Below, piece after piece: positions 42,757-51,723 of a stretch of 61,474 nt of DNA. Every line of letters starts with the position of its first letter. Positions within the stretch are counted from its first letter, which is position 1. The position numbers were made by a program, and so were the translations under genes. The stretch comes from Coriobacteriia bacterium. Lineage in GTDB: Bacteria; Actinomycetota; Coriobacteriia; Anaerosomatales; Kmv31. The notes beneath the pieces are model-generated. The model did not search any database. It saw nothing but the letters and a program-made list of their open reading frames with translations, and was not told the origin of the DNA. Where the stretch lies: contig JACUUM010000005.1 of NCBI GenBank assembly GCA_014859305.1, positions 1 through 61,474 of the forward strand, given 5' to 3'.

Positions 42757-43347
42757 CTACGCCGCACCCCCCAGGCGCCTCAGCCCGCGGCGCAGCAGCG
42801 CCGCGGCGTCGGCTCCGGCGGGCCCACCCTTGAGCGCGGCGCCAACCTCGGCCGGTGAGAAGCCCATCGACAACAGCGCCTCCCGCGCCTCCGCGGCCGC
42901 GCCGAGCGCTGCCCCGCGCGTCCCGCCCGCACCGAGGTCCTCGGGGGCGCCGAGCTTGTCCTTCAGCTCCAGCACCACACGCTGCGCCGTCTTCTTCCCG
43001 ATGCCGGGGACGGCGGCGACGGCGGCGGCGTCCTCCCGCACGATCGCCTCGACGAGCGCCGCCGGCGGCATCGCCGACAGCGCGGCGAGGGCGACCTTCG
43101 GCCCGACGCCCGAAACCGTGATGAGCTGCTCGAACAGCGTCTTCTCCTCGGCGGTGGCGAAGCCGAAGAGCGACATCTCGTCCGCGCGGACGTGCAGGTG
43201 CGTCAGCACCGTGGCCTCCCCGCCCTCGGAAGGCAGCGCGGCGAGCGAGGCGGTGGACATGGCCAAGCGGTACCCCACCCCGCCCACGTCGATGACGCAG
43301 CCGGCGAGCGAGCGGGCGGTCACACGGCCGCGGAGGAAGGCGATCAT
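42757..43347 (-). CDS. ruvA: Holliday junction DNA helicase subunit RuvA
   Basis: MIAFLRGRV start and HhH motifs (VSGVGPKVALA, VPGIGKKTAQR). The ATG overlaps the ruvC stop (ATGA). Confidence 0.93.
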   Translation of the reverse strand: MIAFLRGRVTARSLAGCVIDVGGVGYRLAMSTASLAALPSEGGEATVLTHLHVRADEMSLFGFATAEEKTLFEQLITVSGVGPKVALAALSAMPPAALVEAIVREDAAAVAAVPGIGKKTAQRVVLELKDKLGAPEDLGAGGTRGAALGAAAEAREALLSMGFSPAEVGAALKGGPAGADAAALLRRGLRRLGGAA

Positions 43348-43928
43348 CGCCCGCCTCCCGCCGCCTTGCTCTCGGCCCGCTCGACGGCCGCCGCCCAGCC
43401 TCGGCCCGCCCGGCCCGCTGCGGACTGCCGCGCGCCGGCAGCCCCGCGCCGGGCCGTTCCCGCTCGTCCGTTCGCGTGGCAGACGGCGATGGCCAGGGCG
43501 TCGGCGGCGTGGTCGGGGCGAGGCTCCTCGGCCAGGCCTAGGATGGCGCGCACCATGTACGCGACCTGCCGCTTGTCGGCCGACCCCGTGCCCGTGACGG
43601 CCAGCTTCACCTCGCCCGGGCCGTACTCGCCCACCGGGACCCCGGCGGACGCCACCGCCACGAGCGCGGCTCCCCGGGCCTGGCCGGTCGCGAACGCCGT
43701 GCGGGCGTTGGCGGAGAAGTAGACGTTCTCGACGGCGCATTCGTCGGGCGCGTGCTCGTGCAGGAGCTCGGCGAGGCCGTCGTGAAGCGCGCGCAGCCGC
43801 TCGGCGAGGCCCGCGGCGGTGTCGGTGACGAGGCATCCGTACCCCAGGCAACCGAAGCGGTCCCCCGCGCGCTCGACGACGCCCCATCCCGTGTTGGCCA
43901 GCCCGGGGTCGATGCCGAGGATGATCAC
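43344..43928 (-). CDS. ruvC: Crossover junction endodeoxyribonuclease RuvC
   Basis: MIILGIDPGLANTGWGVV, the catalytic E (VENVYF), and DAADALAIAVCH. Confidence 0.93.
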   Translation of the reverse strand: MIILGIDPGLANTGWGVVERAGDRFGCLGYGCLVTDTAAGLAERLRALHDGLAELLHEHAPDECAVENVYFSANARTAFATGQARGAALVAVASAGVPVGEYGPGEVKLAVTGTGSADKRQVAYMVRAILGLAEEPRPDHAADALAIAVCHANGRAGTARRGAAGARQSAAGRAGRGWAAAVERAESKAAGGGR

Positions 43929-44018
43929 GCGCTCCCCTCGCGATCGCGGGAATCGAACGTATGTTCAGTGTAGGCGAACGGCTGCGAGGAGTCCACGCCG
44001 GCGCCGAGGAGCGCCTCC

Positions 44019-44777
44019 CTAACCCGCCTGCAACTGCTGCGCGAGCTCCTCGGTCATCTCCATGTTGTGGTAGACGTCCTGGATGTCGTCGTTGTCCTCC
44101 AGCGCGTCGACCAGGCGCATGACCTTCTTCGCCGTCTCCAGGTCGGGCACGGCCGGGGTCGTGGGGCGCATGGCCAGCTCCGCGCCCTTCACGGGCACGC
44201 CGGCGGCTTCCAGCGCGTCCTTGACCGCGCCGAGGTCCGCTGGGACCGTCAGCGCCACGTACTCCTCGCCGTTGTCCTCGAGGTCCTCGCCCCCGGCGTC
44301 GGCCACGAGCAGCAGCAGCTCGTCGGGGTCGACGCCGGCACCCTTCTCGATCACGACCTCGCCCACGCGGGCGAACTGGAACGCGACCGACCCCGCCGCG
44401 CCCAACGACCCGCCGGCGCGAGTGAAGGCGGAACGCACGTCGGCGGCGGTGCGGTTCCGGTTGTCGGTGAGGGCCTCCACGTAGAGGGCCACGCCGCCGG
44501 GTCCGTACCCCTCGTAGACGACCTCCTCGAAGTCGGCCGCCTCCCCCGCTCCGAACGCCTTGTTGATCGCGGTCTCGATCCTGTCCTTGGGCAGGGAGTA
44601 GCTCTTCGCCTTGGCGATCGCGGCGGCCAGAGCCGCGTTGTTCTCCGGGTTGGGGTCGCCGCCGGTCTTGGCGGCGACCGTGACCATGCGCGAGAGCTTG
44701 CTGAACAGCGCGGAGCGCTTCGCGTCCTGGGCCGCCTTGCGGTGCTTCGTAGTGGCCCATTTGGAGTGTCCGGACAT
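44019..44777 (-). CDS. yebC: YebC/PmpR-family DNA-binding transcriptional regulator
   Basis: MSGHSKWATTKHRKAAQDAKR start; 252 aa. Confidence 0.93.
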   Translation of the reverse strand: MSGHSKWATTKHRKAAQDAKRSALFSKLSRMVTVAAKTGGDPNPENNAALAAAIAKAKSYSLPKDRIETAINKAFGAGEAADFEEVVYEGYGPGGVALYVEALTDNRNRTAADVRSAFTRAGGSLGAAGSVAFQFARVGEVVIEKGAGVDPDELLLLVADAGGEDLEDNGEEYVALTVPADLGAVKDALEAAGVPVKGAELAMRPTTPAVPDLETAKKVMRLVDALEDNDDIQDVYHNMEMTEELAQQLQAG

Positions 44778-44903
44778 CCCGGTCGTCCCTTTCCAGGTTC
44801 TTCAGCGGGCGCGCCGCGGCGGGCGCGCAAGAGGGGTCCGGCGCCAGGATAGCGAATCCCGCACCGGGCGCACCAGCAGCCGCGAGACGGCATGGGACGT
44901 CGC

Positions 44904-45485
44904 CTACGCTCGCATGACCTGCTCGAGGAAGTAGCGGTGCACGCGGGGGTCGCCGGTGAGCTCGGGGTGGAACGTGGTCGCCAGAAGGTCGCACTGGCGC
45001 GCGGCGACGACCACGCCGTCGTGGACGGCGAGCGGCTCCACGCCCTCGCCGAGCCGCTCTATCCACGGCGCCCTGATGAAGACGCCCCGGAAGGTGTCGG
45101 GCCCCTCGAGCCCGCTGAAGGCGATGTCGGCCTCGAAGCTGTCGATCTGGCGGCCGTAGGCGTTGCGCCGCACGGTCACGTCCATCAGCCCGAGCGGCCG
45201 CTGACCCCGGGCGGGGTCCACGATCTCGCACGCGATGAGGATCGCACCCGCGCACGTCCCCCATACCGACATCCCCTCGGCGTGCCGCGCGCGGATCGCC
45301 TCGCAGAAGCCGTACGCCTCCATGAGCTTGCCGATGGCCGTCGACTCCCCGCCGGGCATCACGAGACCGTCGAGGCCTTCGAGCTGGTCGGGCAGCCTCA
45401 CCGCCTCCACGCGCGCGCCGAGGGCCTCCAGCGCCAGGATGTGCTCGCGGAACGCTCCCTGCAGTGCGAGCACGCCTACCCGCAA
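44904..45485 (-). CDS. pdxT: Pyridoxal 5'-phosphate synthase glutaminase subunit PdxT
   Basis: VGVLALQG, GLVMPGGEST, GTCAG (catalytic Cys), FHPE. Confidence 0.93.
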   Translation of the reverse strand: MRVGVLALQGAFREHILALEALGARVEAVRLPDQLEGLDGLVMPGGESTAIGKLMEAYGFCEAIRARHAEGMSVWGTCAGAILIACEIVDPARGQRPLGLMDVTVRRNAYGRQIDSFEADIAFSGLEGPDTFRGVFIRAPWIERLGEGVEPLAVHDGVVVAARQCDLLATTFHPELTGDPRVHRYFLEQVMRA

Positions 45486-45487
45486 CG

Positions 45488-46537
45488 CTACCAGCCTCTC
45501 GTCTGCATGATCTCGGCCTCGGGGATCTCGGAGATGTTGATGCCGACCATCGGCTCGCCCAGGTCGCGAGAGACCCGCGCGACGATCCCGGCGTCCTCGA
45601 AGTGGGTGGTCGCCTCAACGATCGCCCGGGCACGCTTGGCCGGGTCGCCGCTCTTGAAGATGCCGCTCCCCACGAAGACACCGTCGCAGCCGAGCTGCAT
45701 CATCATCGCCGCGTCCGCCGGCGTGGCGATGCCTCCGGCCGAGAAGTTGACCACCGGCAGACTCCCGTTCTCCGCTACCCACTTCACCAGGTCGTAGGGG
45801 GCCTGCAGGTCCTTCGCCGCGGTGAAGAGCTGCTCGCCCCGAAGGCCGTGGAGCCACGAGATGTCGTCGAGCATCGCCCGCATGTGGCGCACCGCTTCCA
45901 CGACGTTGCCGGTCCCGGGCTCGCCCTTGGTGCGGATCATCGCGGCGCCCTCGGCGATCCTGCGGAGCGCTTCGCCGAGGTTCCGCGCGCCGCATACGAA
46001 CGGGACGGTGAAGTCCCACTTGTCGACGTGGTGCTCCTCGTCGGCCGGGGTCAGCACCTCCGACTCGTCGACGTAGTCCACGCCGAGCGACTGGAGGACC
46101 TGGGCCTCGACGAAGTGGCCGATGCGGCACTTGGCCATGACCGGGACGGAGACGGCGGCGATGATCCCTTCGATCTTGCCGGGGTCCGCCATGCGCGCCA
46201 CCCCGCCGGCGGCCCGGATGTCGGCGGGCACACGCTCCAGCGCCATCACGGCGACGGCGCCGGCGTCCTCTGCGATCTTGGCCTGCTCTGCGTCGACGAC
46301 GTCCATTATCACGCCGCCCTTGAGCATCTCGGCGAGCCCCGTCTTCACACGAGGGGTGCCGGTGGCCCGGATGTCGGCGGGCACACGCTCCAGCGCCATC
46401 ACGGCGACGGCGCCGGCGTCCTCTGCGATCTTGGCCTGCTCTGCGTCGACGACGTCCATTATCACGCCGCCCTTGAGCATCTCGGCGAGCCCCGTCTTCA
46501 CACGAGGGGTGCCGGTGGCTTTGGCGTTCTCAGACAC
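45488..46537 (-). CDS. pdxS: Pyridoxal 5'-phosphate synthase lyase subunit PdxS, carrying a 51-aa in-frame tandem duplication near the N-terminus
   Basis: [60 protein letters not shown]. The segment ATGTPRVK...VPADIR occurs twice back to back. Confidence 0.9.
   Translation of the reverse strand: MSENAKATGTPRVKTGLAEMLKGGVIMDVVDAEQAKIAEDAGAVAVMALERVPADIRATGTPRVKTGLAEMLKGGVIMDVVDAEQAKIAEDAGAVAVMALERVPADIRAAGGVARMADPGKIEGIIAAVSVPVMAKCRIGHFVEAQVLQSLGVDYVDESEVLTPADEEHHVDKWDFTVPFVCGARNLGEALRRIAEGAAMIRTKGEPGTGNVVEAVRHMRAMLDDISWLHGLRGEQLFTAAKDLQAPYDLVKWVAENGSLPVVNFSAGGIATPADAAMMMQLGCDGVFVGSGIFKSGDPAKRARAIVEATTHFEDAGIVARVSRDLGEPMVGINISEIPEAEIMQTRGW
46213..46518. repeat. Perfect direct tandem duplication, 2 x 153 bp, inside pdxS
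   Basis: Copy 1 (46213-46365) and copy 2 (46366-46518) are identical by eye. The junctions share the microhomology GCCGG(C/T)GGC. Confidence 0.95.
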
Positions 46538-46612
46538 GGTATCAGGGCTCCTTCGAGGGACCGGAGGGACGACCCGCCGGCGTCCGGGTCAGACGGGCCT
46601 TGTGACCATGCG

Positions 46613-46618
46613 ATTCTA
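46613..46618 (-). promoter_or_regulatory. Candidate -10 box TAGAAT upstream of pdxS-pdxT
   Basis: The minus strand reads CAGGTAGAATCGCATGG about 75 nt upstream of the GTG start. The SD GAAGGAG lies before the start. Confidence 0.4.
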
Positions 46619-46671
46619 CCTGGCGCGCCCCCGTGCGTACAAGGAAAGCGCACTCCCCGGGGGAACATCGT

Positions 46672-46709
46672 CCCCCGTCGCGACCGCCCGTTCGGTTCCG
46701 CGACGGGGG
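46672..46709 (-). terminator. Hairpin (11-bp stem CCCCCGTCGCG/CGCGACGGGGG), 4 nt after the DUF3048 gene stop
   Basis: The inverted repeat was read directly from the sequence. A second short G5/C5 hairpin follows on the minus strand. Confidence 0.5.
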
Positions 46710-46713
46710 CGCG

Positions 46714-47775
46714 CTAGTCGAACGCGATGTTGACCGAGGTCGGGACGACCTGGAACCAGGTGTTGCCGGGTCGCAGCGTGATCAGGGTCCCGTCGGTTGC
46801 GCGGAAGGCCGGAGGGGCGTCCTCCTTCGCCTCCCACGTCCCGTCCATACGGACCCCGTCACGGAAGACCGCCGCGCGGTTCTTGCCCACCAGCTCCATG
46901 TCCAGCGTCGGCGACCCCGTGGAGTCGCGGAGCCTCAGCTTCTTGGTCTTGGCCCACAGCACCACCACGTTCGTCGCGGTGATCTGCTTGCCGCTGCCGG
47001 CATCGGTGTGCGCCTTCCCGTTGTTGACCCGGGCGTAGGCGCTCGACGGCGCGTCGTAGGTCCACTCGACGCGGTTCGCGGGAGAGAATGGGATGACGAT
47101 GCGCGAGGCCGCTGCGCTCGTCTCCACGCTGGGTGAGAAGGTCAGCCCTCTCACCTCGGTCTTCTCGGCGAACTTGCGCTTGGCCACCGCCTGCTCGCGG
47201 AGCTTCGCTATGTCCAGGAAGAGGTTGTGGGGCGCCCGGCGGCCCGCTCCCCGGTAGTAACCGACCGGGTTGACACCGAACTCCATCTCGTCGATGCCCG
47301 AGGACTTGATCCGTCTCAGGACGTCCCCGTTCGCGCCCGAGTAGGCGAAGACCGCCTTGTACTGCGGCACGATCTGCAGGTCCGGCATCCGGGCGCTGCG
47401 GACGGGGGCGACCGCCTCCGGTATGCGCGAGTGGAACATCGCGTTGAAGCGCGAGATCCCGCCCTCGGACAGCATCTCGTAGACCACGTCGGCATCCCGC
47501 AGGCCGAGCTGCGGGCGCGCCTCCGCCGAGTTCTCGATCTTCACCGAGACCACGCGCGAGCGCACGGACACCACGTCGGGCGCGTCCAGGCCCGTCAGCG
47601 GCCACCGCGGGGGCTCGGCCGGCTTGTCGAGCACGCGCTCGGCATCGGCCCACGGCCACTTCGACGTGACCTCGGGCTCCTTCTTCCTCCACGCGGGGAC
47701 GATCGCGACCGCGAGTGCGACGACGAGCGGGACACCGACGAGGAGTGCCGTCTTCGCCGGCCGGGGGAGCGTCAT
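46714..47775 (-). CDS. DUF3048-domain (YerB-like) membrane-anchored protein
   Basis: An N-terminal TM segment, then PLTGL...VVSVKIENSAEARPQLGLRDADVVYEMLSEGGISRFNAMF, which is typical of DUF3048. Confidence 0.8.
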   Translation of the reverse strand: MTLPRPAKTALLVGVPLVVALAVAIVPAWRKKEPEVTSKWPWADAERVLDKPAEPPRWPLTGLDAPDVVSVRSRVVSVKIENSAEARPQLGLRDADVVYEMLSEGGISRFNAMFHSRIPEAVAPVRSARMPDLQIVPQYKAVFAYSGANGDVLRRIKSSGIDEMEFGVNPVGYYRGAGRRAPHNLFLDIAKLREQAVAKRKFAEKTEVRGLTFSPSVETSAAASRIVIPFSPANRVEWTYDAPSSAYARVNNGKAHTDAGSGKQITATNVVVLWAKTKKLRLRDSTGSPTLDMELVGKNRAAVFRDGVRMDGTWEAKEDAPPAFRATDGTLITLRPGNTWFQVVPTSVNIAFD

Positions 47776-47908
47776 CGAGGGCTTCTCCTTCGAGAGGTAC
47801 CGCCGGAAGGATACGGTCTGCCGAAGACGCGGGTCAAACGACGCCTCGTTGCGCCGCCCGCCCCCCGGGCGCTACAGTCATCCCGTATCCTGCCGATAAG
47901 GACCGCAG

Positions 47909-48112
47909 ATGGCGTGCCAACTCCTCCACATCGTCGAGCAGCCGGATCCGGCGGCATATTCGGACCCCGACCTGAAGGATCTCGTCGGGGCGTTCCCTCG
48001 CTTCTTCTGCGCGCACTGCGACCCGCTCGAGTCGCTCGCGCCGAGCGAGGCCGTCAGGTGCCTCGACCGCCGTGAGCCGTGCTGGAAGGCCCCTGGCTCG
48101 ATCCGCGCCTGA
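47909..48112 (+). CDS. Small hypothetical protein (67 aa), converging on and overlapping the lgt 3' end
   Basis: Very high third-position GC in this frame, much lower in the opposite-strand ORF 47834..48016. SD AAGGA lies 6 nt before the ATG, and a TACAGT box lies upstream. I recognise no family. Confidence 0.4.
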   Translation: MACQLLHIVEQPDPAAYSDPDLKDLVGAFPRFFCAHCDPLESLAPSEAVRCLDRREPCWKAPGSIRA

Positions 48113-48902
48113 CCCATACCAGCAGCGCCACGCCTGCGAGCAGCATCGGGACGCTCAGGATCTGACCGGTCGTGAACGGGCCGAGGACGAGCCCCAGGTG
48201 CGGATCGGGCTCCCGCACGAACTCCACCGCGAACCGGAAGGCGCCGTACATCACGAGCAGCCACCCGAGCAGCGTCCCGCGCGGGCGCTCACGCCGCGAG
48301 AGGCTCCACAACACGACGAAGATGACCGCCCCTTCCAGCAGCGCCTCGTACAGTTGGCTGGGGTGGCGCGGTCGCGGCCCCGCTCCGGGGAAGACGACCG
48401 CCCATGGCAGGTCCGTCGGCCGTCCCCACAGCTCCGCGTTCACGAAGTTCGCGATCCTGCCCAGGAAGAAGCCCACGGGCGCCCCGACCGCGGCGGCATC
48501 GGCCATCCGCAGGAACGGCACCTTCAGCCGTCTCGCCACGAGCAGTCCGGCGGCGACGATGCCGACGAGCCCGCCGTGGAACGACATCCCTCCGTCCCAC
48601 ACCTCCAGGACCGAGAGCGGATCGCGCCAGTACTGCCCCCCGCCGTAGACGACCACGTAGCCCAGGCGCGCGCCGATCAGCACGCCGGCGATCGAGAACA
48701 CGACGACCTCCATGACGTCGTCGTCGCTCAGGCCTACGTTCCAGCGCCGTACGAGGTGCCGGAAGAGCAAGCCGGCGATCGCGAACGCCGCCACGTAAGC
48801 CAGTCCGTACCAGTGCAGGCTCAAGGGGCCGATCCTGACCGCGACGGGGTCGATGTCCGGGAAGGGCAGCGCGGCGACGGCGTGCAGCGCGGCGGCGGCC
48901 AC
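48054..48902 (-). CDS. lgt: Prolipoprotein diacylglyceryl transferase
   Basis: HWYGLAYV, GGMSFHGG, GRIANFVNAELWGRPT, HPSQLYEALLEG. Confidence 0.92.
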   Translation of the reverse strand: MAAAALHAVAALPFPDIDPVAVRIGPLSLHWYGLAYVAAFAIAGLLFRHLVRRWNVGLSDDDVMEVVVFSIAGVLIGARLGYVVVYGGGQYWRDPLSVLEVWDGGMSFHGGLVGIVAAGLLVARRLKVPFLRMADAAAVGAPVGFFLGRIANFVNAELWGRPTDLPWAVVFPGAGPRPRHPSQLYEALLEGAVIFVVLWSLSRRERPRGTLLGWLLVMYGAFRFAVEFVREPDPHLGLVLGPFTTGQILSVPMLLAGVALLVWVRRGSSQGPSSTAHGGRGT

Positions 48903-49787
48903 CTACATCGCCTCCAGACGCCGGATGCGCTCCTCGATGGGAGGGTGCGTCTCGAACATCGCGTTCACGCGGCCGCCGTAGTCGCGGAGAGGGTTGGCGA
49001 TCCACAGCGGAGCCGTGGCCTTGTTGGCCACCCGGAGCCGGTTGGGGTCCTCGGCGATCTTGCGCAGCGCGCCCGCCAGCCCGGGGGGGTACCGGGTGAG
49101 CAGGGCGCCGTCGGCGTCGGCCAGGAACTCGCGTCTCCGCGATATGGCCGAGTGGATGGCGAGCGCCGCCAGAGGGGCGAGGATCGCCGAGACGAGGCCG
49201 AGGACGAGGAAGGCGATGCCCGCGCCCGACTCGCCGCGCCTGCGTCCGCGGCCGCCCCACCACATCCAGCGGCGCATCCAGTCCGCCATCAGGACGACGG
49301 TCCCCGCCAGCACCGCGGTGAGCGTCTGCAGCCGGACGTCGTAGTTGCGCACGTGGGCGAGTTCGTGAGCGACCACGCCCTCGAGCTCCAGCCGGTCGAG
49401 CTTCTCGACCAGCCCCGTCGTGACCGCTATCGCAGCGTGCTCCGGATCCCTGCCCGTGGCGAAGGCGTTCGGCGCGGGGTCCTCGACCACGTAGGCGGCG
49501 GGCTTGGGGACGCCCGCCGCGATCGCCAGACCCTCCACCGTGTTCACGAGGTACTGGTCGGCACGAGGGTCGGCGGGGCGAGCACGGCTCATCGAGAGCA
49601 CGATGCGGTCGGAATACCGGTAGGAGCCCCATGCCATGGCCGCGGCGACCCCCGACGCGAGCAGCGGCGCCACGTACCCGTACCCCGTCAGCTCGCCGAA
49701 GACCCAGCCCAGGAGCACGATGAGCGCCACGAAGACACCGATCAGCAGCGCGCTTCGACGCTTGTTGGATGCTATCTGATCGTACAC
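48903..49787 (-). CDS. htpX: M48-family zinc metalloprotease HtpX
   Basis: The HELAHV zinc motif, TM segments on both sides, and the C-terminal FETHPPIEERI. Confidence 0.9.
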   Translation of the reverse strand: MYDQIASNKRRSALLIGVFVALIVLLGWVFGELTGYGYVAPLLASGVAAAMAWGSYRYSDRIVLSMSRARPADPRADQYLVNTVEGLAIAAGVPKPAAYVVEDPAPNAFATGRDPEHAAIAVTTGLVEKLDRLELEGVVAHELAHVRNYDVRLQTLTAVLAGTVVLMADWMRRWMWWGGRGRRRGESGAGIAFLVLGLVSAILAPLAALAIHSAISRRREFLADADGALLTRYPPGLAGALRKIAEDPNRLRVANKATAPLWIANPLRDYGGRVNAMFETHPPIEERIRRLEAM

Positions 49788-49796
49788 GCCTACCGA

Positions 49797-50372
49797 CTAG
49801 AACGAGACCTGCGGGGCCTCTCGGGCCGCCACCTCGATCTCGAAGTATTCCCTCGGCGAGAACCCCATCGGCCCCGCGACCATGTTCGCCGGGAAGCTCT
49901 GCATCGCCGTGTTCAACGTCATGACGGAGTCGTTGTAGAACTGACGGGCGTAGGCGATCTTGCTCTCGGTGCCGGAGAGCTCCTCCTGCAGGTGCAGGAA
50001 GTTCTGGTTCGCTTTGAGGTCCGGGTAGGCCTCCGCGACGGCGAACAGGCTGCGCAAGGTGCTCGTCAGCATGTTCTCGGCCTGGCCCTGTTCCGCCACC
50101 GACTTCGCGTCGATGGCCATCTGCCGCGCCTGGACGACCTTCTCGAGCGTCTCGCGTTCGTGCGCGGCGTAGCCCTTGACGGTCTCGACCAGGTTGGGGA
50201 TCAGGTCGTAGCGGCGCTTGAGCTGGACGTCTATCTGCGACCACGCGTTGTCCACGCGGTTCCTCAGCGTGACGAGCCGGTTGTACAGCGCGATGAGGAA
50301 CACCGCGATCGCCACCACGACGAGCGCGATACCGCTGCACACGAAGAGCCCTACCCCACCGAGGACGCTCAT
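49797..50372 (-). CDS. lemA: LemA family protein
   Basis: An N-terminal TM segment, then YNRLVTLRNRVDNAWSQIDVQLKRRYDLIPNLVETVKGYA. Confidence 0.9.
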   Translation of the reverse strand: MSVLGGVGLFVCSGIALVVVAIAVFLIALYNRLVTLRNRVDNAWSQIDVQLKRRYDLIPNLVETVKGYAAHERETLEKVVQARQMAIDAKSVAEQGQAENMLTSTLRSLFAVAEAYPDLKANQNFLHLQEELSGTESKIAYARQFYNDSVMTLNTAMQSFPANMVAGPMGFSPREYFEIEVAAREAPQVSF

Positions 50373-50469
50373 TCCGGCCTCCCTGCCTCCGCGCCCCGCC
50401 AGGGACGGGGGCCCAGCTCGGGTACACTCACAACGCTACATGCGATGTTAGCAAAAGGAGGAGGGGCGG

Positions 50470-51159
50470 ATGATCCCGCTGCGCGACGAGAACCCGACCC
50501 GCCGGTTCCCATGGGTCACCGTGGCGCTCATCGCGGCGAACGTCGCGATGTTCGCCTATCAGGTCTCGCTGGGGCCGGGGATCGTCGAGTTCGTCACGCG
50601 CTGGGCGTTCGTGCCCGCCCGGTTCTTCGGCGCACCCTGGGACCCGCGGCAGTGGCTGACCGTGTTCGCCGCCATGTTCATGCACGCAGGCCTGCTGCAC
50701 ATCGGGGGGAACATGCTCTACCTCTGGATCTTCGGCAACAACGTCGAGGACCGCCTCGGCCGGCCCCGCTTCATCGGCTTCTACCTGCTCGCTGGCGTGG
50801 CTGCCACCCTGGCCCAGGGCCTGGTGGACACCGGCAGCGTCATCCCCAACCTCGGCGCGAGCGGCGCGGTGGCCGGCGTGCTCGGCGGCTACCTGCTCCT
50901 CTACCCCGGCGCGGCGGTCCTCACCGTGATACCGATCTTCTTCTTCATCGAGGTGGCGCGCGTGCCGGCGGCCTTCGTGATCGGGTTCTGGTTCGTGCTG
51001 CAGCTCGCCAACGGGCTCATCGCCCTGGCGCCCGGCACGGCCCAGGTCGGAGGTGTCGCGTGGTTCGCCCACCTGGGAGGGTTCGCCGCCGGGGCGCTGA
51101 TGATGCTGCCTGTGTGGCTCTCGCAGAGGCGACGGACGGGATTCCGGGCATACGGGTGA
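50470..51159 (+). CDS. Rhomboid family intramembrane serine protease
   Basis: FMHAGLLHIGGNMLYLWIFG, GASGAVAGVLG (catalytic Ser), and AHLGGFAAG (catalytic His). Confidence 0.88.
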   Translation: MIPLRDENPTRRFPWVTVALIAANVAMFAYQVSLGPGIVEFVTRWAFVPARFFGAPWDPRQWLTVFAAMFMHAGLLHIGGNMLYLWIFGNNVEDRLGRPRFIGFYLLAGVAATLAQGLVDTGSVIPNLGASGAVAGVLGGYLLLYPGAAVLTVIPIFFFIEVARVPAAFVIGFWFVLQLANGLIALAPGTAQVGGVAWFAHLGGFAAGALMMLPVWLSQRRRTGFRAYG

Positions 51160-51193
51160 GCGGCGGGGGGGACGCAGGGACGCCGTGGGCCGG

Positions 51194-51556
51194 TCAGCCG
51201 TCGATCTCGTGCAGCATGTCCTGCACGCAGTTGACCCGCGAGAGCTGACGCCGGAAGTACTCGCAGTACGCGCGCACCCTCGGGTCGTCCTCGCCCTCGA
51301 GCGCTGCGACCTCGGGGGTGCCTTCCGAGACGGGCACGGCGACCGAGGCCGCCAGCGCCTCGGCATCGTCCTCGGCGGATTCTATGGCAGCCATCAGCAG
51401 GTTCGGGACGCGGAGGGTGAGCGGGATCGACGCCCCGCAGAGGGGGCAGCAGAACACGATCTCGACGCGGTCGGCGTCGCGGAGCACGACGCGGGAGACG
51501 TCCTCGAGAGAGACCTCTACTTGCCCGTCGTGGGGACAGTTGACCGTGAACTCCAT
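51194..51556 (-). CDS. Hypothetical protein with a zinc-ribbon-like CPH...CPLC pairing
   Basis: A 120-aa ORF with a protein-like composition, MEFTVNCPHDG...FCCPLCG. I recognise no family. Confidence 0.55.
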   Translation of the reverse strand: MEFTVNCPHDGQVEVSLEDVSRVVLRDADRVEIVFCCPLCGASIPLTLRVPNLLMAAIESAEDDAEALAASVAVPVSEGTPEVAALEGEDDPRVRAYCEYFRRQLSRVNCVQDMLHEIDG

Positions 51557-51723
51557 CGCCAGCCTCCGGTGCGTCGATCGCGTGCTTTCCGGAGCCGCCG
51601 GCTTCCCGGATGCGAGCTGGAAGCCCTTGTCTGATTGTATCGGCTCCCCATACCCACTCGTCCAGTCCCCTCATGTTAGGATTCGTCGGGTCAGTCCGGC
51701 GGGCACGCGATGGCTTGGAGAGG

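Noticed and set aside
46213-46518. The 153-bp direct repeat as a mobile-element end or an insertion-sequence footprint.
   Set aside because: The copies are directly adjacent, in frame, and consist entirely of pdxS coding sequence. There are no inverted repeats, no transposase and no target-site duplication.
47834-48016. A minus-strand 60-aa ORF in the DUF3048-lgt spacer.
   Set aside because: Its third-position GC bias is clearly weaker than that of the overlapping plus-strand ORF 47909..48112, and it has no SD. The plus-strand ORF is preferred.
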